Assembly: GCA_958009085.1 (NCBI GenBank)
Contig: OY253678.1
Span: 868,001 to 932,000, forward strand
Direction of reading: 5' to 3'
Length of the DNA: 64,000 bases
Source: Protoeuglena noctilucae
Taxonomy: Eukaryota
Shown here: one piece after another, positions 24,914 through 38,689 of the stretch
Numbering within the stretch: position 1 is the stretch's first letter
Layout: each line of letters opens with the position of its first letter
The notes under the pieces: model-generated
Told to the model about the DNA's origin: nothing
Database searches by the model: none
What the model saw: only the letters and a program-made list of their open reading frames with translations
Program-made: the position numbers and the translations under genes

Positions 24914-27900
24914 TTATGCGCGTCGCTTGGCCTCCGCCACCACTGCCTCCAGCGATGCTGTCGCCCACTTGCCCCCGATCAGCGCCCGAATGGTCTGACT
25001 GGCCTGGTCAATCGCCAAGCTCACGCCACCGAGGGAGTACACAGGCAGACCCTCGTGCTGGCGACCGGGACGGGGCAGGAACTCGAACCCATTCTCAGTC
25101 GCGTACATCTCCAAAAGCTCACGCAACGGGGCAGGGGCCCCGTCCGGCTCGGGAGGCGCTGCGTCGGACGGCAGCGGCGGGGCTGGCGTGGCCTGGGGCG
25201 GCTCGTCCGCATCCCAGAGCGACGCCGGGCCGCGGGGGGCGGGGTGCGGGGGGGCGGCAGAGGGGACGGTATAGACGAATGGAGCGGCGGTGGCGGTGGC
25301 GGCGGTGCGGGCGGGGGTGGCGCGAGCGGCCACAACCCCCGCTTGCGCCGCCGCGAAGTGCCTCCGGATCGGCTCTTGGCTGGCGATGTCTTCTGGCAAT
25401 AGGCCCTGCCACCCCGCCAGCCATTGGACCACCTCGTCGTAGTTGGGAGATGCTCCCAGCCAGTGCTGGAGGACCTCGTGGATTTTGGGGAGCACGTGGG
25501 ACTCGAACAGGCGACCCAGCAGAGACGCGGAGAGCGTGCCGTGCCACTGTGTATGGGGGGGGGGGGTGCGTGGGGGTGTGTCAGTATCGGCATGAGTGCG
25601 CGCGTTTGTGTGATGGCGGAGACCGGCCTGGGGCACGCGTGCAGGCACGCGGCTAGCAAAACTTGTTCACTACATGTACACTTGCCACTGTGGTTTAGTC
25701 CCTACCCTCACATGTGTCCTAACCTGACCTCACTTCTCTCCACCACCACCCCCACCCCCGCACCCACCAACCCCGCACCCGCCATACCATTACCCATGCC
25801 ACATCCAGCGTCCCACGACATGCCAGTGTCACCTGCAGCGCCCACTCGACCGGCGCGAGGTCCTGGCTGGCGGGGTTGACGGCCATGGCATCGAGCGCAT
25901 ATGCGAGCTTGGGCATGATGCTGCGGTGCACGAGGGCCGCCCAATCCCTGGGATGGAACACCCCCGCCCAGGGCCGCAGCACGGCGACTGCGCTGGGATC
26001 GGAGGGGTGCCACTCGTGGAGAACGGCGGTGAGCTGGTGGCGTATGGCGGGGAACGACGCCTCCAATCGGTCCCCCAAATGGGGCAGCCAGGGGTGCGTC
26101 CAGCGGTGGAGGGGGACGGGGTCGGTGCGGGGGTCCCAGGCGGCGACGGCGGACTCGATCTGAGGGAAGGGGGGGAGAGGGGAGGGGTGTGAGTGATGTG
26201 AGGGGTGTGGGTGAGTGAAGTGGGGGGAGTGGGTGTGCGGGGGTGTGATGTAGCGATGGCGGACTCGATCTGGGGAGTGGGGGGAGGGGAGGGGAGGGGT
26301 GTGGGTGGTGTGAGGGGTGTGGGTGGTGATAGCGATGGCGGATTCGATCTGGGGGTAAGGGGAGAGAGGTGGGCGGTGGGTAAGGGTGGTGGTGCTGGAA
26401 TGGGAGTGGATAGGAGCGCTCATGATCCACATGTCAGCTTCTCTGCGCATTCTAGCTTCTCTGCATCCACACCCCCTCACCTTAAGCACACTATGCCATC
26501 CATCTAGACCAGTTAACCCCCCTCACCTTGGGCAGCGCCATGGACTGCAGCACCACGCCATTGGCATGTGACCATGCTCTCCAATTCTTTGCATCCACAT
26601 GACCCTCTCATTGATCTCACCTTGGGCAGCACCATGGACTGCAACACCATGCCGTGCATGTGACCCGGCATCGCCCCCTTCCACGCCTCCACCAGCGTCA
26701 ACGCCGCCTCGGGATCCCTCACATCCCACTCGGTCATCAGGAAAGCCCTTATGCGGGGCAGCACGCCCTCCTCGCAGACGCGGCAGCCGGGGTCCTCGGG
26801 GGCTCCGGGGAAGGAGGGGGAGGCGCTCATCAGGGGGAGCCACTGGGGTGGAGGGAGTGGATTGAGTTACAGTTTGTGAGTGGGTGAGTAACAGTGAGTG
26901 GGGCGGGGGAGTAACAGTGACTGGTAACAGTGACTGGGGTAAGGGAGCTGGCTCTCCCCAGCCCTACTTACCAATCCACCGCCCGACACCCCACACACCC
27001 CACCCCACCCCACCCCACCCCACCCCACACACCCCACCAACACCCCAACCCCCCCCCCCGCCCCTCACTCTTCGGAACTCCTCCGCCCCCCTGCCTGGGT
27101 CCTTCGCCACGTCCCAGTCCCTCAGCAGCGACCTCAGCAGCGGCCCAGCGAGGCCAGTTGCGAACGAGTGCAGTGCGAAGAGACGATAGTCGTCGGGGTG
27201 GCGGTGGCGGGCGTCCGAGAGGGCGGCGTGCATGGCGGCGAGGGTGGCGGTGGGGTCGTCAGCTGGTGAGGACTGCGGGGGCGCGGGTGGTGGGTGGTGG
27301 GTGAGAGTGGTGGGTTAATGGTGGAGGAGGAGAGGTGGGTTGGTTGTGGTGGGTGACAGGAGGGTGGGTGATGGGTGAGAAGGATTAAGTGAGCACCTAC
27401 ACGCGCTCTCACACCTTTGCCAGCACCATGCATCCATGCGCCCACCCACACATGCTCCCTCACCTTTGCCAGCGTCATGCACTGCTGGCATGCCACCTGC
27501 AGGTGTTCCCGCACCCGCAGCTCCCTCTCCACCTGCAGGGCGACAACGAAAAGAGAGGCACTGAGTACTGAACCAGACATAGTCACAGTGCTCGATGCGA
27601 TGCGGATCCTGTCCACGACGCCCACCACTCCCTTCCCTCCTTTCTCTCATCATCACCACTCACCCACTACCACCTACCGTCACTCTCTCTCACCTCCTCC
27701 ACCTCCCCCCCCGGCCTCTCCCTCTCCCTCTGTTCACCACTACTCATCACCCTCTCTCGACCATTACTCATCATTACACACCCACCACCCCTCCCTCACC
27801 TCCTCTACCTCCCCCCCCAGCCTCTCTCTCTCCCTGGCCAGCACCTCCATCGTGTCCTTCTGATGACGCAGACGAGCGTCCAATCGCTTCAGATCCGCCT

Positions 27901-30900
27901 CCGCCAAGTCCACAAGCAAAGTGATGTTGTGGCGGAGCTGAGGGCAAGGGGTGAAGGGCATAGATGGTCATGTTGAAGCGGGGCTGCGGGTGGGGGTAAG
28001 GGCACTTCACACTCCCCATATTGTGCAGGAACCCATGCCACGCACTGCTCCGATCCATCTGCATTCCTTTCCCTCACTGCCTACGCATGACCATCTCTCT
28101 CCCCCTCTCTACTTCCCTCACCTCACACCTCAATTCCCCCTCACCTCCCATGCCACCCCACTCCTCTCCTCTCTACCCCCACCCCTCCCTCTCACCTCAA
28201 GCGCCACCCCACCTCTTCTCAACACACTCTAACCCCTCCCCTCTCTACCCCCCCCTCACCTCCGGTGCCACCGCGTCTGTCCCTGCCCCCTCCCCCTCCC
28301 CCTTCGGCCCCTCCAGGTGACCCAGGTCCGTCACCACCCTCGCCCGCGGCCCACGCATGTCAATGACCGTGACGGAAGGCGCGAGACCAGCCCCCTCTTG
28401 CTGACGCAGTAACTCCTCCGCTGCGGGAGACGCGAAGAGTCGATTTTAAGTCACAATCAAGTCACAATAACGCTGTTCATCACAAAAAGTTTTGGGCTAA
28501 GGAGTGAGCATTGAGAGGGCTGATTAAGGACCAACTCTGGTGCGGAAACACCCGCTCGTCTTCAACCCACTCGTCACTGCGCCAACACACCAACCCCATG
28601 CGCCCCTCACCTGTCCTGTACTCCCTCTTCCCCGCCCCCTGCTCCGCCACCCTCCCCACTGTCCCAACATAGCACATCACACCCCATATGTCCCTCACCT
28701 GTCCTGTACTCCCTCTTCCCCGCCCCCCGCACCACCCCCCTCACTGTACTAACACACCAACCCCATGCACCCCTCACCTGTCCGGTACTCTCTCTTCACT
28801 GCCCCCTGCTCCGCCACCCTCCCCACTGTCCCAACATAGCACATCACACCTCATCTCACTCACCTGTGCGATATTCTCTCTTCACTGCCCCTTGCTCTGC
28901 CACCCTCCTCTTCCACGTCTTGGGACGCGCCTTGGCGTCGCCCTTCCCGGGGGCCGCCTCTTCTGTGGGTGTCTGCAGGGAAGGGGAGAGCACAGGTGAG
29001 TGAGTGAAGTAGCGAGAAGTGACTATGGGGCACTCTCACTTTCACCACGCCACTCTCACTCTCACCCCCACCCCCACCCCCACCTCCTTTTTGGCCTTCT
29101 CCACCAACTGGTGCTCACCCTCACTCTGACCCTCACTCTCACCCTCGCCCCCACTCCCATCCCCACCCCTCACCTCCTCTTTGGCTTTCTCAACCAACTG
29201 ATGCTCCTGCCCCGCGTACCCCAGCCCCATCTGATTGGGCCGCATCTTGACCTCAATGGCGCGAGCTATGCCCGTGCGTTTCTTCCCAAGGCCCTCCCCG
29301 GGGCGATAGCCCATCTGGGGGCAGCAAGGAGTGCATGGGGTTGCATGTAACTATGAGTAAAGTGCGTGGGATTGATACAGGGTGCGTGCGCGGAAGTGCA
29401 AAGGGACGTGTGCATGTGAGGTGGATGGCAGTGTAAAGTGTGCATGCGGTGCAGGGGTGCATGCCAGCAGCTAAGACACCACGCCCACGACAGTCGCCTT
29501 TCGCCAGCACCCAAGACACTACACGGCACGCACCGTGACAGTCACCCAGTCGTCACCTTCGCCAGCAGCTTCGATCCGATGCCTTTCGAGTACTTTTCGA
29601 ATCCCCCCAGGTCCTTCCACTCCCCCTGGCCCCCTTTCACGTTCGTGCCCTTGCGATACTCGGCATCCTTGGCAGCCTTGCGGCGCTCCTGGGGTGACGG
29701 AACACACGCAGGCCAGGTCCTATGCTGCCACTGCCACGGAGTAAGCGTCAGCAGTCGGTCATGCTCACTCTCACAGCATGGGCGTCTGTGGTCGGGCCAG
29801 ACCGTCACTCCCACAGCCTAAGCCTATGCATCCAGTCAGCCTGTCATCACCACACCCTGCCAAACCCCCCCCACTCGCCTCGGCTGCCCGTTTCAAGCGT
29901 CGCCCGAACGCCGTCTTTTCCAAAGCATCGTCGTCTTCCTCATCCCCACCACCCTCGCCACCCCTTGCCCCGATCCCTCCCCTCGCTGCACTGGTGCCCG
30001 CCCCAAGTCCCCCACGCCCACTTCCTGCCGCCTCCGCCCATCCGTCACCTCCCGCCCCTAGGCCCAGTCCCCCTCTCTGGAAACCCTCCATTTCTCCCTC
30101 GCCATCCCCGCTCACTCCCTCCTCCCCGGTACTCCAATCCCGCGATCGCTTGGACCCTGCAGCACCACACCGGCACCATCAGTTTAAATTGATAGGCGCC
30201 CGTGATGATCCCAAGGCAATCACCACAGAAGGGTACTTTTACAACATGCCACACTCCCCGCCATAAGTATGAGCAATCAACTCTCGTCACGCCCCTTTGC
30301 TTCGCTCCAAATGCCCCTCACCTGCATGCACCGACCCCGCCCCTTCACTGGCCGACGCGCCGCGCTCGTTCCCGCGACCCTTCTCGTCCCCCGCGCCGCC
30401 ACCGACATGCCCCTGCGATCAAAGACACAGAGAGGCGCTCAGTACCGAGCCCGCGGGGCGCGGCACAGCGCCAGCCACAACAGGCAACACCACGCGCCTT
30501 GCTGACGAACGCGACGGGCGCCGAGTAGTCCGCCTTCTTGTGCCGGCGGCCCCGCTCCCCGCCGCGCGCATCGATTTCATCGTCCGAGTCGGTTCCCGCA
30601 AACACCCTGCGGCGGATGCTCTCTTAGGAAGTTGAAATCGACCCTCCCCAGCGACCCATCCCCAGCCCATCTGCCGCGCCCGCAAGCGCTCCCGTGGTTC
30701 ATGCAACGCGCGCATAGCAACGTACCCGTAAAGCTGCTGGTCCCGCGTCTGTCGGCCCTTGCCCTCTCGCTTCCGCTTGTAGAAAAACTCGTCCCCAATC
30801 CTGCGCAGCACGCCGGGGCTCAGCTCGGTGCGGGCCAGCGCAATCGACGAGGGGCTTCGCAGCAACAAGCAGATAAGCAAGGCGATGCCCACGCAGGACA

Positions 30901-31060
30901 GCGGGGAAGCGGCGGCGCAGCGCCGGTCCAGCCACTTGCGACGCGGTCGTGCCCTGCGCAGCCCCAGCACAGGTCCAGGAGCGTGTCGGTCCCCTCACCA
31001 GGTGCCCCCCTCGAAATCTGCGTCGGTGTCGAAGCGGGCGTAGTGCTGTTCCTCGTCCAT
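24914..31060 (-). CDS. TFIP11: Tuftelin-interacting protein 11 / STIP / Ntr1 spliceosome-disassembly factor (TIP_N, G-patch, GCFC), about 14 exons
   Basis: Contains MDEEQHYARFDTDADFEGGTW|IGDEFFY, DYSAPVAFVSK, G-patch FEKYSKGIGSKLLAK|MGYRPGEGLGKKRTGIARAIEV, LRHNITLLVDLAE, WDPRTDPVPLHRWTHPWLP, PNYDEVVQWLAGW and a C-terminal GFEFLPRPGRQHEGLPVY. Confidence 0.93.
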
Positions 31061-31525
31061 CGCTCCAGATCCCAGCGCAAGCGAGCTCCGCAGAGGCCAG
31101 CGTCCGGCCCAGCGCCCGAGCCGACGCCCGGCTCCAACGGCGCGCTGTGGATGAGACGCACGTGCAGATGTGAGGTCGCCAGGCCGACACCCGATGAAAC
31201 TGAGTCCGTCTTTAGGCGCGAGCCGCAGCGCCACGCTCGCAGCCCCGCCGCGACACGGGAAGGGCGATACCGGCACGCAGGCAGCCCCCGCGCGACGATA
31301 ACAGCGCGACTGCGTTAGCGAGCGCCGCGCACGCCCTGTTCGCTCCCCCGAGCAGCTCGTCAGGCCTGGGTCAGGTGCCCTACGCGCCTCCGCGCTCCTT
31401 GCGACGCGGGCGACCCCGCGTGCGTCAAGTTTGACTCTATTCCGTGGCCCGCGTCACACCCCGCGCCGGTGGCGTGCCCCTCCTTTTGCACGCTCGCTCG
31501 CTGCGTCCTCGTTCCGCGCGCCGAG

Positions 31526-32979
31526 ATGTTCTCGGCAGGTGTGGGGAACGCCCGGCCGGCGCCGGCCTCTCAAGTCGCTCTTTCCAGCCAGGTGGGCGAA
31601 TTCGCGTCCGCCGGCGAGGGCGGTCGGACCGAGGGCGGGAAAGGGTCCGGAGCCCGGTTTTCTCGCCCCCGCGACGTCGTCGATGATCGCGGTACCTTTC
31701 GCGTGCGCTGGCCCGCCCGCGATCGGCCCCTCGCCCCCCCCGCGACCGCGGTCGTGCGGTCAAGACTGGTCGCACCCGTCGACGCGCGCGGGCCTGTCGC
31801 GGGCCGCTCGTGGCTCTCGGAAGCCCGTTAGTGCCGAACCGCGCGCCCGTGAGGGCCCCGGACCCCCACGACCCACCACGCTTTCGCACGCAGAGGCGGG
31901 CGCGTCCGCTTATCAGGTCGCACGCGACGGCGAAGGAGCGCTCGGACAGGGCTGTCAGCGGTGATGGACGCGACAGGCAGGAGCCGTCCACGACCGGGAA
32001 GGTCTCCCAGGTGCGCCGGGGACGGGCGGGTGCATGGGGCCAGCAGCGGCCCACCCGCTTCCGCGCCCTCGCCGCGCGCCTACCCCGCCCCGCGCCGCTC
32101 CGCCGCCCCAGGATGTGGTCACGATGTTTAAGGAGGCGCAGATGAACGTCATGGAGCTCAACCGCAGCCGCGTCAAGGCCCTCAACGAGCTCAAGGACGC
32201 CCGCAACCGCATTGCCGAGCTCGGTGAGGGACGCGCGCCGCGCCTCCGCCGCGTCCGCTCCGCTCGAGGCCTTTTGCGCGTGATCTCGTTTCGTCCGCGT
32301 CCGGCCGATCGGCGCGCGGACCCCGCGGCGCCCCGCCTGGCGCCCCAGCGACGCTGTGCCCAGCGTCCCCCTCCCCCGCCCCGCCCGGCCCGCAGAGCAC
32401 GAGCTGGCCGCCGTGAAGCGCTCCAAGGGCATGGATCCCACGAGCGTCGCGAGCACGAGCGCCGGGGCCCCGGCCGCGGCGTCGGGGTCGGCGTCGGGTT
32501 CGACCGGCACGCGCGATGTGCTTGTGGATTCGATCGTGCTCCTCTACAGCACCGGGTGGGACCGCGCCTTCATCCACTACGACGGCGGCAAGGGCTGGAC
32601 CAAGGCCCCGGGCGTGCCGATGACCGAGAAGTACCAGGGGTACGAGCAGTGGAAGGCCATCACGGGTGAGGGCTGGCAGGGCTGATGGGGAGAGGTAACG
32701 GTCGCTGACACCCTGCGACGCCCGATATCGAGCTAAGCCAGTCTCACATGCTTGGAGGAGTGGTGCTACTGTATCGGTGCGATGCTGTCGTGGGTGCGTG
32801 CATGGTCCTGCCTCACTTCCGGCGTCGCCTCGGTCCGCAGTTCCTTTCCCCAGCATCCAGTTCGTGCTGTGCAACGGAGACAACGTGTGGGACGGGCCCT
32901 TCGGCGGTGGCAACTACAAGATCACCGAGCCGGGCATCTACCGCCTCAAGAGCGGCAAGCTGGAAAAGGTGGAGGCCTA
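31526..32979 (+). CDS. Putative plastid coiled-coil + CBM25-type starch-binding protein (start uncertain)
   Basis: Transit-peptide-like RRARPLIRSHATA, then coiled coil MFKEAQMNVMELNRSRVKALNELKDARNRIAEL, then CBM25-like IVLLYSTGWDRAFIHYDGGKGWTKAPGVPM...IQFVLCNGDNVWDGPFGGGNY. Confidence 0.75.
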
Positions 32980-33591
32980 GGGGATCGATCGAGGGACGCC
33001 TTGTGCAGGTTTCGGGATGCAGAGGGTCGGCTAGGACCTGGCAGGCCAGGGCGCATGGGGCCCGCCTGTTTGCCAGGCACGGGTCGTGGGTGACGGCATG
33101 AGTCAGGTTTCGCAGCGCGTGGCGCGGTTGGGGTTGTCTCTCCATTCAAGGCACTCGTTTTGAAGTGGTGCTGCGCCGCGCGGCGACGAGGGTCTGCGGC
33201 GGCTGAGCGTGCTGACGACGCAAGGCAGGGCTTGCATGCGGGCAAGTGGAAAGGCCCAAGAGCGACCATGGCAAGCAGAGCAGTGCTGGCAGGAGTGGGC
33301 CAGGGCACCAAGGCCGACAAGTGAGGTAAGGCCCCGAGGTGGGCCGTTCATCAGCCAACCGCGGCACATCCGTGAGCATGCAACCACGAACGAGCAGCGG
33401 CGCGCCGACGGGGCGGCCGCGCAAGCACATTCCAGCCAGGGGCAAGGCAAATCGGCCAAGACTCCCAGTCGCGAGCCACCGACCAAGGCAAACGACCATG
33501 CCAACGCAAGGGCCGCTGCGCCCGGGGCGGGCCCCGGGGCAGCAGCGCATCCACAGCACAGGCACCCACATTCATCCACAGCGCGCACGCC

Positions 33592-35280
33592 TCACGCAAA
33601 CCCGGGGGGCTTCTCCCACTGAGACTGCCCCGAAATGCTGTTGTAGTAGTACGTGCGCCCCTGGTCGTCCACCACGGCCTGCCACACCGAGTTGGCCCCC
33701 ATGTTGGCCACCGCCCCGCCCTGCTGGTAGTTGGAGCCCTGCTGGTAGCCCCCGGCAGCGCTGCCGTACGACGCCTGCTGGCCGTACCCGCCCGCGTAGT
33801 CGTAGCCGCCGTAGCCGCCGTACCCGCCCTTCTGCGGGGCTGCCCCGCCCTGGTAGCCGCCCTGATAGCCACCGTACCCGCCGGCGCCGTAGCCGCCCGC
33901 GTTGTAGGGGCGCTGGCCACCCTGCACGCCGTAGCCGCCGTACCCGCCGAACGCGTTGGGGCCGGCCTGCTGGAAGATGCGGAAGCCGTTCCCACCGTTG
34001 ACGATGTCCTCAATGGCCCGGGCCGCCAGGTCGACGGACGAGGGGTTGCCCGCAACTGCGAGGGCGGGGCACGGCAGGGCCAGGTCAGGGTCAGAATCAC
34101 TGCTGAGTTGCAAGGGTGAGGTAACCGCATCGGGGTTGCCCGAGGGAGGGCACAGGGTGGGAGGTGGAGGCAGGGCGAGGGGTGCGTGCGGTGTGGCGTG
34201 CGCGTCGCTCTCTGGTCTCACCAGAGACGACGCAGGGGTCGTGGGACTGGTCAATCTGGATGCGTGCACCAGACTTGCTCTGGAGGTCACGAATGGTGGA
34301 GCCCTGCTTGCCGATGATCTTGGCGATGATGGCCTTGGGGGCGTGGAGGATCTTGGCGTTCGAGCCGGCAGCAGCCTGCGGAATGCGGGGACAGATAATG
34401 ATCAGCACACACCCGCACCCGTGGCCAGCACTCAGCTGGGGAGGCACCACACAGTGCGGCGGCGATAACATAACGACCGACGCGGAAATGACGCGGCCGA
34501 CGGCGCCTCTCGCTGCGCGCGGGCCCGTCGCTCGCCTGCGCCGCCTGCATGAGCTGCTGCATAGGCTCGTTGGATGCGTCCCCGATGAGGCGCCCCAGCC
34601 ACTCCTTGGCCTCGTGGATGCGGTCGGGGGTGCCGGAGATGATGACCTTGCGGGGCATACCCTCGGGCACCTCCTGGTTGATGCGGATCTGCGTCTTGGT
34701 GACCTGCTGCAGCGCGCGCACCGTCTCGCCCTGCCGGCCGATGATGCGCCCGACCATGTCAACCGGACAGTCGACCTCGTCCTCGGCCGTGTCGCCCGCG
34801 GGCACCTCGGGGGCGATGATCTCCATCGCCATCTGGTGCGCGCGGTCCACGGACGTCTGCGACTGACCCGACACGGTCACTTGCCGCTGCTCCCCCTGGG
34901 TGTGCGTGTGGTCGACCTGGATGCGGGCGCCCGACATGTACTGGATGCGCTTGAGCGTGTCGCCGCCCTTGCCGATCAGCTTGCCGACCATGTCATTCGG
35001 GATGTGAAACGACTTGCTGTACATGTGGCCCTCGCCCTGCCCCGCCATGCCACCCGCCGGGCTCCCGCCCATGCCGCCCGCCATGCCGCCCCCCGGCACC
35101 ATGCCCCCCATCCCCTGCCCGCCCGGCATGCCCTGGACCCCAGACATGCCCTGCGGCCGAGGAGGAAAGGCGCCGATCGGTGCGGGGCGCGCGACACGAG
35201 CGAGCTGGGCACCTTCCCCCCCGTCGCGGGAACGTACGGACCTGGTAGCCCTGCATTCCCTCGCCGCCGGCGGGATGCAT
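33592..35280 (-). CDS. KH-domain RNA-binding protein (3 KH) with a Gly/Tyr-rich linker and C-terminal WW domain
   Basis: GxxG loops VGKLIGKGGDTLK, VGRIIGRQGETVR and IAKIIGKQGSTIR. WW domain WQAVVDDQGRTYYYNSISGQSQWEKP. Confidence 0.9.
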
Positions 35281-36230
35281 TGCCCACACCACACTCCTGC
35301 GGAGAAAACGGGACCAGGCGGCCTCGTTGCGGTCGGAGGAGTCGATGGAGGGCAGGTGCCGCCCCAGCGCCCCCAGCGCCACCGCGCGTCCACGCCCCGG
35401 GTCCTCCACGGCAACGGGTGATCCATGTCAAAAAATGCGGCCGTGGCGTCGACGGAGGGCGGCATCGGGGCCCCGGGAGGGCGCCAAGACGCCCCCGCCA
35501 GCTGGCCCCGTCCCAGGACCCCGCAACGGCACTCCGGCAATCATCACGCAGCGGCATCGGAAGATGCGATCAAAGAGCTCGCGCCAGCCGCGGCGAGGGG
35601 CCCAACGGCTGTCGCGTGGGATTGGCAGCCCGGGGGCGGGCCGATTCGGGCCGGGCCGCCCCGGCGCGGCGCGCATCGGGGCCATATAAAGGCGAGGTCC
35701 AGGAAAGCGCTGTCGGGCAAGCACACGGCTCGTCCGCCCGGGCGCACGAGGGCCGGGCCGAGCAAGGGCGCCCCTAGATGGGCCCCCGAGAGAGTTGGTG
35801 ATATCAGGGACCTCCCGTGCATTGCAGGCGTCGGGGGAGGCCCGAGATCGCATGTGATAGCCGGGGGAGGGAGAATTACACACCTGGGCCTCGCGCGGTG
35901 GGGTCCCCGTCAAAGCTGCCAACCGCTTCCCCCTACGCGTGTTTCAGGGAGGACGTCGGGCACGCGGATGGCCCTTGCGTCCGCGGGAGGCCGCGGTTTT
36001 CCGGCGAGGGTTTCCCCCGGGCGCCGCAAGCAGCGCTTCGCCGCAATCTCCCACGCGGGTCTTTCCGCGGCACCGATATCGCACCGCTCGCGCACCTTCG
36101 CAGCGACCAGGCCCCTCTGCCAGGGCGCGGAGCTCCAGACCCCTGCGCAGCGTGCCCCAAGACAGTGCGGCGCTCATACGCCGTGCGCCAGACGCAGCGA
36201 GAGGAAAAGGGGCCGCGTGTACCGGAGAAG

Positions 36231-38157
36231 ATGGCGGCGCGCTCGTCCTTCGTGGGGGCACGGCTGCCCGTGCGCCCCGCGTGCGCGGCCAGGCGTCCCA
36301 GGTGCGCGCAACTCCTCGCCTAGCGCAAATGTCGATCTTGGGCTTGCCGACGCTGCACTCCGACGCGCCCCTCACGCGCCCGGCGCCCGGCGCGGGCCCC
36401 GCACATCTGCGACGTGGCGGCCCGCCCGTGTATCTCCGAAACCTCTTCTCCGCGGGGCGCTCGGCGTCTTCCGGCGGACCCGCGCTGCTGACTCCCATCC
36501 GTATTGCATCCTCCACGCCCCGCAGGACGGTCATGCGGGTGAAGGCGATGCAATTACTGAGCCAAAGGCCAGACGGTCCGGACGACGACATCCGGGACAC
36601 TATCAAGAACATCGCTCTCATTACGGCCATTAAGACGCCATATCTTCCGGACGGCAAGATGGACTTGCGGACATACGATCGCCTCCTCGAGGCCCAGATC
36701 CAGGTGAGCCGCGCCCCGAGCCGATGGGCTTGCACTCCAAACCAAGAGATTCCTCCATGCACCTTGACGCGGGCAGACCCTGACGCGTGGCCATCGGCGC
36801 TTAGGAGCGGCGCGCTGAAGGTCCTTGCCGTGCCCCGCTCCGTCCTCCGCGGCCCGCCACCCGCGCTCAGCGATCCCGAGCCCCGCAGAACGGCGTCGAG
36901 GGCGTCATCGTTGGCGGGACGACCGGAGAGGGCCAGCTGATGTCCTGGGACGAGCACATCATGTTGATCGCCCACACGGTCAACAAGTTCGGGAACCGGG
37001 TGCGAGGCCGCGCGCTCCTGCCTCGCCGCCGGCGCCGCCGGGGACTTGTTGGTCTGACGCTTTTCTGGCCCCCGCCCGCAGGTCGTGGTCGTGGGGAACA
37101 CGGGCTCCAACTCCACTCGCGAGGCGCTGCATGCGACGGAGCAGGGCTTCGCTGTGGGTATGCACGCGGCCCTTTCCATCAACCCCTACTACGGCAAGAC
37201 CTCCAAGGCGAGGGCACCGCTGGGGCACGTCCCTTGGCCGGCGGAGCTCCCACAGCGGCGCAAGGGTGACGGCTTGCATGCAGAGTGCGTTAGGTGTGTC
37301 CCTGCCAACTTCCCAGCGCGCCCGCGTGTTCGCAGAAGGGCGTGTTGGCGCACCTGAACGCGTGCATGGACATCGGGCCCACAATCGTGTACAACGTGGC
37401 GTCGCGGACGGGGCAGGATGTGACGCCCGACATCGTGATGAAGTTGGCAGAGCACCACAACTTCCTGGGGATGAAGGAGTGCGCGGGGAACCGGCGGATC
37501 GAGGGGTACGTCAAGGAGGGCATCCTGTGCTGGTCAGGCAACGACGATGAGGTGCGAGCAGGGCGGGGAGCCATGCGCATGCGTGTGTGCTCGGCGTGTG
37601 CGGTGGTGTATGCTCGGCGCCCTTCCCGCATGTCTGGCCTGACGCGGCCCCTCACTCTTTTCCCCAGTGCCACGACGCCGTGCACGAAATTGGCGCGCGG
37701 GGCGTCATCTCCGTCACGTCCAACATTGTCCCGGGACTCTTCTCCAAGCTGATGAAGGAGCGGGACGCGGACCTGAATGCCTCCCTCCAGCCCCTCATCA
37801 AGTGGCTTTTCCACGAGCCCAACCCCATCCCGGTCAACACGGGTGCGAGCATGCGTGCGTGCGTGCGTGCGTGCAGCACAAACCGGCAGGCCTCGCCTCG
37901 TCCGGGTGCCACGCCCTGCGCCTGGCCCGGCCTGCGTCCGGCAAGGAGTGCTTGACACAACGCCTTTACTCCTGCCTGCAGCCATGATGATGCTGGGGCT
38001 GTGCAACCCCGTGTTCCGCACGCCCTACGTCCCCTGTGACCGTTCGAAGCGTGAGGAGGGCGCCCGCCTCCTCGAACCCCTCCTCGCCCACATCCCCCTC
38101 AATAAGGGCGTCCAGGTCATGGAGGACGAGGACTTCCAGTGCCTGACGTGGTACTGA
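36231..38157 (+). CDS. dapA: 4-hydroxy-tetrahydrodipicolinate synthase (DHDPS), plastid-targeted, about 8 exons
   Basis: Contains [77 protein letters not shown], catalytic-Lys region [14 protein letters not shown] and [13 protein letters not shown]-terminus resembles a transit peptide. Confidence 0.96.
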
Positions 38158-38689
38158 CGCGGGGGTGCGCTGACACAGGTGCGCTGACGAGAGGGGCTCT
38201 CAAGAGGGAAGCGAAGCGGCGCGGATGTCTGGAGACCCAGAGCCCTTTGCAAGGCTGCCGGAGAGGAGTGTCGGTAACTGCCGTGGCAGGCATGTTAGCG
38301 ATTTCGGGGTCCGGCTGATGTGGGCACGCTCTGCGCCAGCTGCCGCTTTCTCTGGGTCTTGCAATGACGGGCGTGGGTGGCTGCCTTAGTAATCGCGCAA
38401 CCGTGCGGGCTTGTCGTCACAGGCTCCGCTGCCCTGCGCTCGTACACTTCCTAACATCCTTGGCTGCCGCGTTGCCTTGCCGTAGCGCTGCTCGGCCCGT
38501 CGACCCTTTGGCGCTTTCTGCTGCTGGCTGTGCCTGCGCGGCGCACGACACTGTTGCACGAACTCTCTTCGACGCTTCGCCGTCAACTGTGAACTGCCGG
38601 CAATGCATTAGGGCCGGTCAGGCGCGTGGGCCATCACAAGGGGGAGGGAACATGCACACACAAACCGAGGCGTGCGCGAGGTGGCCGCG

